In this document: positions 12,000 through 25,164 of the stretch, piece after piece
Position numbering within the stretch: the first letter of the stretch is position 1
How the letters are laid out: every line of letters starts with the position of its first letter
Assembly (NCBI GenBank): GCA_002269645.1
Contig: NIVC01001362.1
Span: 1-64,000 of the forward strand
Reading direction: 5' to 3'
Origin: Macrostomum lignano
Lineage: Eukaryota
DNA: 64,000 nt
Position numbers and translations under genes: made by a program
Notes under the pieces: model-generated
Databases searched by the model: none
Told to the model about the DNA's origin: nothing
Seen by the model: the letters and a program-made list of their open reading frames with translations, nothing else

Positions 12000-14430
12000 T
12001 TAAATATCTGTATTAACAGAGTGTTTTTCATCGTTATATATCGACAAATTATCCAAAAAGGTCGTGAGAACTTTTAACTTACGCCTGTGTACTTCTGAAT
12101 GATACATGCAGCATATGAAGGAAGGTCTCAGTAGTCTATGGCTCTGAGCTGGCAGAGGTTCTCGGACCTGAAAACGTCGGAGAGGTCCGCGTTTGGGCCG
12201 AGGTAGGTGAGCCTGTCCGTAGGTGAGCCTGGGGCGTTCACAGATGAAGTGCTCCGCATTCTCAACACCGGAGGGGCAGAATGGGCATTCCTCATTGCAG
12301 ATTTTCCTCTTGAGGTAACAACCGTGACCCGAGAGAGTCATGGTCACCGCCCTGATGTCCCTGCGGTTGAGTCCAAGTAGGGCCCCTCGAAGGGCGGTGG
12401 TAAGACAGGGGACAGCCGCAGGGATTGCCGGTAGTCTGTGGCGTTAGAGGCATGCAATAGTGGGCTCAGCACCAGGCTTACGAGCTACGGTCTGCGATCC
12501 TAAACACCTGCACCCCCTCTATTCTGGTGCAGGAATGGCAGGAGAACTCTCTCCAAGCTGACTCACAAGCCGACTCAGGGGTTCACGTTCCGCATGTGTT
12601 CAAGGCAGCTCTAGGGCTGCTGGACTGACTGGGCTCCGGCGGTGGCAACCCATCCGTGGGCTTGGCCGCTTTGGGTACGGGCTCCGCCCGGAAGTGAACC
12701 TGTGCGTATCAGGTACCTCTGGCCACGGCTCTGAGGAACAGGTATCACCCTCTGACTTTAACAGGGTATGCGGCTAGCCCGCAGGCTCCGGGGACAGCTT
12801 TTTGTAGCACCTTGCTGATGGACCTTTGGTTCGGCCTCTGGTTTCTCGAAGCCGGGCTCTTAACCGGGGAGTTTCTCGGTTGCTAGTGAGCCGGTAAGGG
12901 TAGCCCACCCCCCGATCGCTACCTCTTGGCCTGGCTGTTGGGTTTGGGTTGCGGCGCAGCGTCTTCTCATCTCTAGCCCCCACTCGCCTTTCAGCGACTC
13001 ATGGAGTATTCATTTACCTCCGCCACGTCCGAGGCTGCTGGAGCACCAAACAAGGTTGGTACCGCGGCTTAGCCGGACATTCGCAACACCGGAACCTTGG
13101 GTGACTCTTAGTCAGCCCCTACCGCCACTCAGGACAATACCGAAGTAGCTGGACAACAGGACGGCGGACCTCAGACCTCTCGAGCCCTTAGAATTGCTCG
13201 CTACAAAGCTTTTCTCCAGCCCAAAGTGGAGGAACGGAGGAGTGCAAAAGCCGCCCCTCCGGCCGCCTCTGAGGAGGGTGCCGGTAACTCTGCGAATCTC
13301 GGAGAGTGGAGCCGACATCCGACAAGGCCCCTCCCGTGGTGGGACCTCTGCCCGTGTGGAAACTCCCACGGCCGCGGAGAGATCCAAAGCGGGGGACGCT
13401 GGCCAACTCTCCGGAGGAGCACCTCTCCGGTGCTTTGATGCCACGCACAGGTTGATCCGAGTCGTGACAACGGGGGCCACAGACAGGGGACCAGTAAAAG
13501 AACCGGTCGAGCCAGCCTTGGCCAGGCGATCGGCCAACTTGTTGTCGGGGAGGCCCGAGTATCCCGGGATCCACCTTAGGGACACATTGTAGGAGGCGCT
13601 GAAGAGGTTAGGCTGCGCGATGCAGTCTAGGACTGTACGCAAGCAGGTGGTGGTACGTTCAAGTGGATCGTCGCTTGACTGTCTGAGTGGAGGATAATCT
13701 CCTTCCCCCGAACACGCTGATTGTACGGCTCCATGGCGCAGGAGCTGATGTCGAGAACTTCGTTCTGGAACAAAACGGTAGAGCAGGTGCCGATTTGCTG
13801 GGAGAAGGTCTTCGCGGTTCTCCCTCCAGACACGATGCAGTAGCCGTAGCCAGAGGCGGAGTTGATCTGGGACCCGTCAGTGAAGCAATGAGTTTCACGG
13901 GCTTTCCAGTTGTCTCTTGCTTCGTGACGTGGTGGAATGCTGGTTTTCAATTTGAGCGAAGGACAGAGCGAGAACGGGATTGCATCCGAGAGGGTCGACA
14001 GGCCTCCCACTGCTTTAATGTACGGCCGGAGGTTCCGCTTTCTGAAGGCGAGCAGACGGCGGGTGGTCTTCATTGCCTCCCTTCTGACAAAGAGGTCATG
14101 GGGGAAGGTCCAGGAAGGTACTCATGCCAGATAAGGGCGTCATGATAGCTCGACAAGCCCGGCCCTGCACCCTGTTAAGAGCTTCATGAACCCCTTTCAC
14201 CTTCAGGGCACTGTTCGAATGAAGCTGGCAAAAGAGATGCCGGTCTCATAATGGAAGTGTACATCCACCAGAGGCGGCGGGGTGAAGCCACAGCTATAGC
14301 GCCGAGCAAACCCAGGAAGACTTTGAGCCGGCGAAGTACTGCAAGATTTGCCCTCGCAATTTTCACCTCCATTACTTCATTGAAGCATCGGGTGGATATC
14401 AATGCATAGGCAATAAGAGAAGCGAGTTGC
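12000..14430 (-). mobile_element. Degenerate non-LTR retrotransposon (RT C-terminus + RNase H + C-terminal Cys/His motif; R1/LOA/I-like)
   Basis: Minus-strand fragments: WMYTSIMRP (RT thumb region), FTDGS..FQNE..HSDSQA and WIPGYSG..NKLADRLAK (RNase H), LSGHG and CPFCPSGVENAEHFIC; broken by frameshifts and stops. Confidence 0.85.
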
Positions 14431-15827
14431 TGTCAAGGAGGTGTCTGAAGCCTGGAGTGGTTCTATCCATCTTCCAGAACTCTCCTACCTACTTTTTATC
14501 TGAAAAGAAGGCACCGCGAGCAACGACAGTGACATCCTGTACGTACGCATCTCAGACGTACTCAGACATGAGCATGGAGAGAGAGAGAGAGCAGAGAGAG
14601 AGAGAGAGAGAGACGGAAGAAAGGATTAATGTCTTTCTGGAAGATTACTTTATTGCTGTGACGGACCTTCAGGAGATTCGGCGCAAACTGAGCAGGAAGT
14701 GACCAAGCTAACTGAAGTTCAGACGGCTATCCAGGACCAAAAGCTCTGCGTCTTTATGCTATAGAGATCAGCATAAAATTAACATAGAATCCTAATTCTT
14801 TAAACGAAAAGCTTTACAAATATCGATAGAGCAATAAGACAGGCACAGCATATCAAAAGATGAACACTGGATCTGCCTCCTATCAAAAGCAATAACAATT
14901 TTTGTGCTGAAAAAAAGAAAACTTCCTATCTCCGTAGTGTATTTTTTCGTGAAAAACCTGCCTCCAAAAATTTTCTAAGAAACGAGGTCCTTATACTTAA
15001 GTCGTCCTTGCACGTCGAGTGGGCTCAGTTAGCATTACTTTATTAACATTTCTGTATCCTCAACGAGACTTAAAAAGAAGCAGTGCTTGGACTGTGAAGC
15101 CTACATTGTTTCGCATATTCGTACAAAACGCGTACATTTGTTAGGGCTTGGCCATTCCTTCTTTGGTCAGCTCGAGCGCTGCGTCAGAGCGTAAATTTAT
15201 AAGCTATTTAGTTGCTGCCTAGCAGAACTCCAGCCACCAATACTATCTTCATTTTGAGAGCTCGCTATTCGAGCAAAATAGCATTTCAAATTTGGAGTTG
15301 TCTATCTATCTCGGCTCAAGAGAGTCGTTATCTAACTTGGGTAGTTATATAGCTAGAGCTATATACTACACTGCACAGATATGTGCGCTGGCACACGCCA
15401 TTTACGCTTCGGGCTATTTGCTAATTTGTAAATATGTACGCGCTTGAAATGCTCGCAATTGTTCAATAGAGAGAGGGAGAGACCAGGTGGGGAGAGACGT
15501 AGAGAAGAGATCAGCATAGTTACGCTGTATGTAATTCGCAGGGCGTTGAGGCGGGTGGACAACCATTCCGCAGCGCGATGGTTTATAATAATAAAATGCA
15601 TACAAGTCATTTATAGAACCCCTGTTTTCTTTTTGAATGCATTGGGTCTGCGCCCTCTGCGTGCGGCTGTGTGCGCGATATCAGAGAGTACTCACTCTGC
15701 AATAGCGAGAAGAGGGGACTCTTTCGTGCGGCTATTTCCACAACTATTTTCTACTGCGCATATTTACCGTATACGTTGCTTTGCTGCGTCTGTTGCGGCA
15801 AAATCTTATTAAACTGCTACGCCAGAC

Positions 15828-17171
15828 TTGCCCTTGATGTTCAAATCGTTTCGACAGCGGATGTCGCAGTCAGGCGGCTCCCGACATAGCGTCATAGACG
15901 ATGCGACCACCGAACGAAGTCGTGTCAACTCAGTGGAACTCGGCGACGGCCTGGACAGTTTGGAGGGCGACAGCGACGATCCGTTCGACTCCAGCCTGGA
16001 CCGACGGACCAGGAGTCATTGGCGATCGTCCAGCGAAGAACGAAGCAAAGTTCGCCGACTTCACAGCGCCTCATCGGCTGTCACAGTTGACAGAATGGAC
16101 CCGGCGACGGCCAGCAACACCGCGGCCTCAGGCCAGCCGCTCGGTTTGAAGCAGCGCGCCAAAAATTTTCTCTTCCGTCGACGATCCTTCAGCTCGCTGG
16201 ACACGCACAAGATCGACGGCAGGCCGGCCCGCATCGACCCCAAGCTGGTGAGCAACTACGCCAAAAGGCATCACAGCGACGACTGCATGCTGGACGCCGG
16301 AGATCGCGAACCGGACAGCCGGACAGGACAGAGTGGCAGCGCAACTGGCGGCGAAGGCGGGCTCGGCCTAGACAGCAGCGCGTCGGCCGGAAAGAAGAAA
16401 AGCAAATTCAGCCGGTCATTGAATTTGTTCACCTCAATGCGGCATCGATCCAGGTCGCGCGATGCGACGCATCGAAAACCTGAGAGCGGCAGAGTATCCA
16501 CTAGCGGCGGCTCCTCGGACGGTGGCTGGACTGACGCCAGCGGGCCAGTCGACAGCGGCAGCGCCATCGGCAGCGAAGGCCCCGGACAAAGTGCAACTCT
16601 TGGACGGCGCGGACACCGCAACAGCGAGCAGTACATGGCGCCACCCCTACGCAGCAAAGGCAGCAGAGGCAGCCGCAGAGGCCCTACCAGCCGCCGTATC
16701 CGCCATACCAGCAACGTCAGGTAAGCAGTGCGAGCGCCCTGGCAACTAATCTGGATGAAATTAGCGGCTTCTGTCTAGAGAGGCACCAGCTGAGAAGTCG
16801 CGTTGGCGAGGTGCTGGCGAGCTGGCCAGTCGTGCCGCTGGAGGCCGTGTCGCCTTGGCTGGTTGGCGGCAGCGGCCGCGGCGGTGGTGGCAAGAGTAAA
16901 CGCCTGTCCATGGCCTTCAAAAAGGGATCGATCTTTGCATCGGCATCGCCGTCTTCCTCATCCGGCCCGTCAACACCGTCGGGCTCGTTATCGTCCGCAG
17001 TGTTCAGCGGCGGCACTGGCGGCAGCAACTTGTCAAGCGTGAGCCAGTTCTCTGGCAGCACGGCGGAGCAGCTCAACCTGCTGTGCCAGCAGTTCAATCA
17101 AGCTGTAACACTGCGCAAGAGCTACCGCGGCAAGGATCATCTTGCGGCGCGTCTTCCTCGACGGTCTAGCG
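15828..17171 (+). CDS. Uncharacterised Ser/Gly/Arg-rich protein, exon 1 (contains an apparent 1-nt frameshift near 16643-16647)
   Basis: Open frame 15828-16640 continues, after one extra base in the CCCC run, as QQRQQRQPQRPYQPPY...LATNLDEISGFCLERHQLRSRVGEVLASWP... to donor G|GTGAGC at 17172. No family recognised. Confidence 0.55.
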
Positions 17172-17720
17172 GTGAGCTAACGATTTTTTGTTATAACACA
17201 GGCTCATCAACATTAAAAAGTCGCCACCTTGGAGAGTGCGCAGTAAACTCCAGCTCAGCATTGACTTTTCAGTGACTCAACTTGCGCTACGCAACGCAGA
17301 GTTGGGCTGGGTGAGAAGGGATTGGGAAGAGCGGAGAGGGAAGATTGGATGGATTGAAGCTTCCACCCGGTTTTCATTGTTTTTTCAAGCATTTTTAAAT
17401 ATCAAAATGGCTGGCCAGGTGATAGACGCTGGTCGAAAGACACTGCTCACTGGGGCAAAGGGTGGCGACTTTTCAATGTTGCTGAGTATAGATTTGCATG
17501 TACATAGCATTTTACATGCTAGTTAGTAATTGCGTGCATTCGTCAGATTAAGTCTAGAGAAAAGACGTCAATGAAGATTTGGAAGAAAAAAATTCGCTGA
17601 AGTTTACTGGATTACCTGTCACAGCTGGTGTTGGATATATGCCACCTTGTGATTTAAACTTGCAATGTCCTTAAACTTCTTTGTTGGCTATAACATTCAA
17701 TCTGTTGCTCCATTTCAAAG

Positions 17721-17835
17721 GCCACTGGAGCAGTTCCTCCGGATCGAGCAGTCGAACAACAGCGGAATCAAGGTCTTTCACCAAGCAGGCGTCGAGCTCT
17801 ACCACTGCATCAAAGGATTCCGCGTTGGAGTTAAA
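17721..17835 (+). CDS. Uncharacterised protein, internal exon
   Basis: Acceptor CATTTCAAAG|, donor AAA|GTGAGT at 17836; entering in phase 1 gives GHWSSSSGSSSRTTAESRSFTKQASSSTTASKDSALELK and exits in phase 2, matching the last exon. Confidence 0.5.
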
Positions 17836-17926
17836 GTGAGTCACTACTCCGCTCTCCTATCGATAAATTTCTACCGCCAGTTCTAACTAATTTACTGCCA
17901 ATAATGCTGCACTATAAACTCTTCAG

Positions 17927-18226
17927 CAACAACAAATTCAGGTTCGATGAGCCGGGCGGAAACAGTCGCCGACAGAGTCCTTCGCAAGCCTCGTCGTCGC
18001 CAAATGAGGCATTCAGCCATCAGCATCAGCATCAGCAGCAGCAGCATCATCAACCTCATCAGCATCCAGACTATGCGGCGCACCATCGCTTCAACAATAA
18101 TCGTCATCATCAGCAGCAGACGTCATCTCCTCAGTCACCCAGCTTTCTCTTTCCACCATCCGGACTGAGTTCTCAAACTTCTGAAGGTCAACAAAACTTG
18201 GCACAGTACCAGGTGAACCGTTCACT

Positions 18227-18278
<52 letters not shown>

Positions 18279-19238
18279 CAACAAGCAACCGCTGGATCAT
18301 CAACTGCGCATGGATACGAGAACATTCCGCCAAATTTTTCCCTCGTCGGCGTCTCAAATGAACCACACGATGAAGTTCCCGCACCGATGCCACCCAGACG
18401 ATCAACAAGTCTTCGTCAGAGCAACGAATCCATCAACAGGCTCGCGGTGCCGCCAACTGCCGCTGACGTGGCGCAGATTTCGCCCACCTACCTGAACCAC
18501 ATGGTGCTGAGCGGCCCGCCCTCGTCAATGCCAGCAGCCTCTTCTTCGGCCTCCTCTCAGCCGATGACGACATCAATGACGGGTTCGGTGACCGGAGCAA
18601 AGCCGCAGTTAGACCAGATCTCGGAGTCTCCCGATGACGAAGCGGCCGAGGCGACTGTTCCGTCAGAGTCGTCACCGCCGATGCCGCCGCCTCAGCTGCC
18701 GGCGCGGACCTCCCTGAGGCTGCCCTACAGCAGACTGCCTCGACCAGCGTCCATTTCTGGCGACGCTCAGCAGCAGCCCGACAGCCCCGGCAACGGCAGC
18801 TATCAAGTGTGGCGCGGGGCCCTGCCCTATTCTACCCAGTCGCCGTCGTCCTCCTCGTCCTCGCTGGCGCAGACCTCATCGGCGGCGCCGCCCCGGCCTC
18901 GGCCGCCGCTGCTGCCAACCGCCGACAGCGCCAAGATTGTGCGCGAGGCGCGCGCCAAGCTGAGCCAGCTGAATCGGCTCAGCGCCGAGCTGGCCAAGCG
19001 GCAACAGCTGCCGGCGCCGCCGCCGGCCGTCTGTCCGTTCGACGCCCTGTCGATGGGCCAGGTCTCGTCGGCGGTCCCAAGTGCAGCGGTGAGGTCGTCC
19101 CAGTCCGACGCAAATGGAGCAGCGAATGGCGGAGACGCGGCTGCGGCGAGCTGGCGGAACAGTCTGCTTCTGCAAGACGAGCTGGCAGTGCGGGAGTACC
19201 TGAAGGGTCTGACCACGGCTTGCTCTACTGACTACTAG
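17927..19238 (+). CDS. Uncharacterised Q/S/P-rich disordered protein, terminal exon
   Basis: 444-aa ORF with poly-Q, YENI motif, PPxPP proline motifs; phase-2 acceptors at 17926 or 17941; stop TAG 19236-19238. Confidence 0.65.
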
Positions 19239-19377
19239 ACAAGTAGCTCAATACGCGTGGCTGAATATTTATATCACTATCAGTTTTAGAATAGAAAATC
19301 TAATCCTTAAGTTTAGATGCTGTATTATAAACATAGCTTTGGATGTCTACTTAACAATCAAATTACTAGACTCTTAG

Positions 19378-19572
19378 CTACAGGGAACTCTGGGCGTTCG
19401 GCTGCACCGTGTGGAGGCGTCACTGCCCATTCCACTAAGCCCTGGCGATCAAGGGAACCAAATTCTGCGGTGTCCGCAGCGACTGTCGCCCCTCGGAGAA
19501 TCCAAGAGGTGAACGAACGGTCGCTACCCCGGTAGCTGCTTGCCGTTCTGGTAGCGGACGAGCTGGTACACA
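19378..19572 (-). mobile_element. Probable non-LTR retrotransposon 3' UTR fragment
   Basis: GC-rich island in AT-rich DNA; minus-strand CAGGGCTTAGTGGAATGGGC resembles CAGGAATTAGCGGAATGGGC in the TSD-flanked insert at 34888-35171. Confidence 0.35.
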
Positions 19573-20474
19573 AAGATTCTCGAGTCTTTTTAGTGATTTT
19601 ATCCATTTTGAAAAAAATCAATGAGCGGGGGGACCTTTAAGAAAATTGTTTTTCCAGTGAAAAAGTCATTTAGCTATCTTGAAAATTATAGCGAAGGGTC
19701 AAAAGTTCGTATTGCAGGTCCTCTGCTTCAATTCTAATTCTATGGGTAGCTATTTGCTTTTAATTGCTTTTACTTCAAATCAGCAAGCAGCTATATTTGC
19801 CTGTCAATGTGCCTCTTCTGCGTAGAAATCAAGATCTAATCTTTTAGCATTGTGCGGCAAATAGTCATTCAGTTTCTTAAAAAAAGTACCCGTGCACTGC
19901 ACTGACACTTAAACTGTATTTCCTAGAAATAAATGATATACTTGTCATTGAAATTAATGACAGTTCAAGCAATCATGTCAAAGTTAAACAACATTAAAAA
20001 ACCAGAGAAAACTCAGAGAATCATAGTGAAACGCAAAGTCGTGAATTTAAAATAGCTATAGCTGTTTCGTTTTAATTAGTAATACATATCTTTTCTACTA
20101 TCTAAATTTTACATTTTCAACTGTTGTCTCGCATGCAAACAATGCTGAATTTGCTCAACTATTTGTCCAAAAGCTTTCTGTGCATGTCAAAAAAACATGA
20201 TTCCAGAATTCCAATTCTGCCATTAGTTTTTATACCGATTTGCTTGGCTACGCTGTACAGATCGCTTGCTTGTCTGTAGAAAATAAATTCCTTTTTTTTA
20301 CTTTCTTCCAAGGATCAAGACTGAAAATTGTCAACTTTATATTTTAGCCACTGTTATTGAGTACGTGTTTTCATTTAAAATTTTAGACATTAGCTTTGTA
20401 ATTATAGCTGGGTGTTCTTGGTAGAAAGTTAGCTGCTGCTCATTGCGGAAACAAAACCCGGTAAATTGGAATAT

Positions 20475-20657
20475 CTAGCTGGAATTAGAATTGGAACAAA
20501 TGTAACTCAAATGTAGCTTTCTTGTACAGCGCGCGTCCAGCCACAACCCCAGCGCCTCGACGTCGCAATCCTCGGCGCTCATGTCGAACCCGCACTCCCC
20601 ACTTTCTAGTCGCTGATTCGCCAGCGCCCGGTAGCGAGATCTCGACCGGCTGTCCAA
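20475..20657 (-). CDS. Inverted duplicate of TLR exon 4 (C-terminus of TIR-only copy)
   Basis: Acceptor TTCACTCGCAG| conserved; LDSRSRSRYRALANQRLESGECGFDMSAEDCDVEALGLWLD matches exon 4, then a 1-nt indel gives a new tail ARCTRKLHLSYICSNSNSS*. Confidence 0.7.
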   Translation of the reverse strand: MDSRSRSRYRALANQRLESGECGFDMSAEDCDVEALGLWLDARCTRKLHLSYICSNSNSS

Positions 20658-20685
20658 CTGCGAGTGAATAAAGATCGATATTGTA

Positions 20686-21750
20686 TGTCTCACTCACACA
20701 CAGCAGTGAGGGAGAGCTGTCTCACTCACACACAGCAGTGAGGGAGAGCTGTCTCACTCACACACAGCAGTGAGGGAGAGCTGTCTCACTCACACACAGC
20801 AGTGAGGGAGAGCTGTCTCACTCACACACAGCAGTGAGGGAGAGCTGTCTCACTCACACACAGCAGTGAGGGAGAGCTGTCTCACTCACACACAGCAGTG
20901 AGGGAGAGCTGTCTCACTCACACACAGCAGTGAGGTACAGCTGTCTCACTCACACAGCAGTAAGGGAGAGCCGTCTCACTCACACACAGCAGTGAGGGAG
21001 AGCTGTCTCACTCACACACAGCAGTGAGGGAGAGCTATCTCACTCACACAGCAGTGAGGTAGAGCTGTCTCACTCACACACAGCAGTGAGGGAGAGCTGT
21101 CTCACTCACACACAGCAGTGAGGGAGAGCTGTCTCACTCACACACAGCAGTGAGGGAGAGCTGTCTCACTCACACACAGCAGTGAGGGAGAGCTGTCTCA
21201 CTCACACACAGCAGTGAGGTACAGCTGTCTCACTCACACAGCAGTAAGGGAGAGCCGTCTCACTCACACACAGCAGTGAGGGAGAGCTGTCTCACTCACA
21301 CACAGCAGTGAGGGAGAGCCGTCTCACTCACACAGCAGTGAGGGAGAGCTGTCTCACTCACACACAGCAGTGAGGGAGAGCCGTCTCACTCACACACAGC
21401 AGTGAGGTACAGCTGTCTCACTCACACAGCAGTAAGGGAGAGCCGTCTCACTCACACACAGCAGTGAGGGAGAGCTGTCTCACTCACACACAGCAGTGAG
21501 GGAGAGCTGTCTCACTCACACACAGCAGTGAGGGAGAGCTATCTCACTCACACAGCAGTGAGGGAGAGCTGTCTCACTCACACACAGCAGTGAGGGAGAG
21601 CTGTCTCACTCACACACAGCAGTGAGGCAGAGCTGTCTCACTCACACAGAGCAGTGAGGGAGAGCTGTCTCACTCACACAGCAGTGAGGGAGAGCTGTCT
21701 CACTCACACAGCAGTGAGTTACAGCTGTCTCACTCACACAGCAGTGAGGC
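20686..21750. repeat. Expanded intronic minisatellite (30-32-bp unit CTCACTCACACACAGCAGTGAGGGAGAGCTGT), ~34 units
   Basis: Reverse complement of the 11044-11216 unit; fills the intron of the inverted TIR copy. Confidence 0.95.
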
Positions 21751-21802
21751 AAAGCTACTCAAAACTCACACCTGCTCACTCAGCTGATTGCGAGAGTCTC
21801 AC

Positions 21803-22207
21803 CTGTCCAACCTGAACTACCAGCAGGCGGCGTCTGAACGAGTTCGCAGCGAGGAAGGCTTGGAACTCGCACTGCAGCTCGGCCTCGTCTCTGAGCCAGC
21901 AGAGCAGGCCGTTGCTGAGCAGCAGCACGAACTGGCGAGTTCGCTTCATCAGGAAGCTGTTGATGCGGCTGGCTGGCGAGGCGCCCTCAAAGTTGTCAGG
22001 CCAGCGAGCAGCCAGGACCGCGTCGTTGGTGCCGAGCCGAACGCCTGAGAGGCGACGAACGATGAGCTCGACGACGGTGTTTGAGCTCGAATCTGGGTCG
22101 GCTCGGGACTCGGAGTCAGAGGCGGACTCAGGAGCAGACAGGATGAAGACCTCCGGCACTTTGTCCGAGTGGAACGGCGGCCAGTCCCGAATCGCGCTCA
22201 GGATGGC
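21803..22207 (-). CDS. Inverted duplicate of TLR exon 3 (second TIR domain); possible TIR-only gene or gene fragment
   Basis: From DWPPFHSDK to VVQVGQ differs from exon 3 at only 5 residues (H>N, Q>S, A>V, G>S, S>C); donor CAG|GTGAGA conserved; homology stops upstream of DWPP; candidate acceptors ATAAAG| (22208) and TTGCAG| (22271), both phase 0. Confidence 0.7.
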
Positions 22208-22695
22208 CTTTATAATGCTTAATGTTATAAATTTCGAGCTTGTCGTTTTATGATCTGTTTCACAACAGTGCTGCAATAATTTGTGTACTTACTTTGTGTA
22301 GAAACAATAACAGCGACATTTAAAAAGACAAAAACAGTTGGAAACGACAGAACCTTAAGAAAATTAGTTACTCAGAAGTAGTATTTAAAGCATCCTCAGC
22401 ATGCATACTTCTAGTAGTATGCTTAGATTGATATTCTTAGTCTATACACTATAAGTAATACATGTTTAGCCACAAACTAAGGACTTTGTTAAAATCAACT
22501 TATTATGTAATATGTCATTTTTAAACCACCTGACAAGGCACCGCTAATCCTGCATCCTTTGTATTTACTCAGCTTTGAGGCCTTTCTCATAAGCTCCGTC
22601 ATTATAAGACTTTACAAACAGCGCCTGCATGGGGTTATTTTAAAGCCAGAGTTGCCAACTCAACTTGCTTTTACAGTGCAAACATAACTATTGGC

Positions 22696-23517
<822 letters not shown>

Positions 23518-24124
23518 GTGCATTAATCACATGCAGTTATTACAGGTGTACATCTGAGTCTTTGAGTTTCTCCCTTAGAAGTCCTCACTTCCCGTTATTA
23601 TCCATCCTCAAGAGCCAGCCAGACCAGACAACTGACGAAGTTCTCCATCCATTCTTCCCAGAACATCCGTCAGAGATGCTAATGAGCCGAAAAATTGAGC
23701 TCAAGAAAGCTCCACGCTCTGCCTGGAGGCAAAGTGATTTCCCATCTTTTTCCCTTTATCTCTATTTTTATAGATTTTGCCTGTCGAAGTCTCAAGCTTA
23801 GCATGCACTTTTACGGCCGAGCAAAATCGCCTGCTGCAGTGGACTCAGACAGATGGAGCTCTGGGAGATTTTTCTCCATCGTTGCTCTCCACTTGCTTCG
23901 ATTGTCAAAGCAGTTTTTGCCTGAGCAATAATAATCCCCCAATCACTGATCCTCTCACTCGAAGGGATTCGCTAAATTCCGGACCTAGTTAGTAATAGAA
24001 AAAATATATAATATAACAATAGTATTTAGTGTCAAGCTCTGCTCAGAAAAAGTACACAATTTTATACTTTCATTAAACATCACACTTTTTATCACATGCA
24101 CTTTTTATCAAATGCTGTATGACA

Positions 24125-24545
24125 TCTTTATGACTACTATGACTATTCTATGGCCATTTTATGACTAATCTATGACTAGATTATGACGACTACATGACTA
24201 CTATATGACTACCCAATGACTACTCCGTGATTAACCATTGATTAATCTAGGATCAGTCAATTACTCATCTATGACATATCTATGACTTGTCTATGACTCA
24301 TCTATGACTGCTCCATGACACATCTATGACTGCTCCATGACTTATCTATGACTGTTCTATGACTCAATCTATGACTGCTCCATGACTTATCTATGACTGC
24401 TCCATGACTTATCTATGACTGCTCCATGACTTATCTATGACTGCTCCATGACTTATCTATGACTCAATCTATATGACTGCTCCATGACTTATCTATGACT
24501 CAATCTATGACTGCTTCATGACTTATCTATGATATCTATGATAAG
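24125..24545. repeat. Degenerate ATGACT-based minisatellite (core CTATGACTGCTCCATGACTTAT)
   Basis: Direct reading. Confidence 0.85.
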
Positions 24546-25164
24546 GTATTACTAATCTACATAAAATTGACTAGTAATGTGTATTTTATGACTATAATAA
24601 AAATCAAATTTCTAACTATTTAATATTACCATACGATATGAAAGCCGGTCCATTTATAAAAAGTACTTTTGCATGAACTTGTTTTGCACTTTTAAGAACG
24701 AAAGCGCTCACCGACTGAACTAACAAACTAAGCAAATTAGTTATGCTTTATGCAGCCCAGATGTTTTATCGAATACCGAATACTGCCTCCAGCTTTAATA
24801 TCCCCTGTCTCCCCCTTGCCTCTCTGCCGCCTGCCGCTAAATGCTTTCCAGTGTGCTGAGGCAAATTTCCATTAAGAGATCGAATTCCTTGAGAATATGC
24901 GATTCCATGCACTCAGCAGCAACCCATTCTCCCTAACTCCCTCTCTCTCATCTCCTCCATCTCCTTCGCCTCAGCTCTTCCCAGCTGAAAAGTCAGTCTC
25001 GCACAGATCAGTAGCTCGAAGGAGGTAGCTTAGGGCACCCATGCATGCCCGGATGGCTTGAGAATTATATAGACTGCATGATTCATGCACTTGTTTAGCC
25101 TAGATGTATGAAGCAGTGAAATCTTCGCTTGTCTCGATTGAGCTGCTCTGTGACACCTGTATCT

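Noticed and set aside
16630-16660. Programmed -1 ribosomal frameshift
   Set aside because: No X XXY YYZ slippery heptamer or clear downstream structure; homopolymer error is simpler.
17273-17526. Extra micro-exons (VTQLALRNAELGW etc.) in the unknown gene
   Set aside because: Phase-compatible acceptor exists, but no consistent downstream phase; direct 17171-17721 joining already fits.
6060-19231. Many short antisense or alternate-frame ORFs over the TLR and the 15.8-19.2 kb gene
   Set aside because: Expected shadows of GC-rich coding exons.
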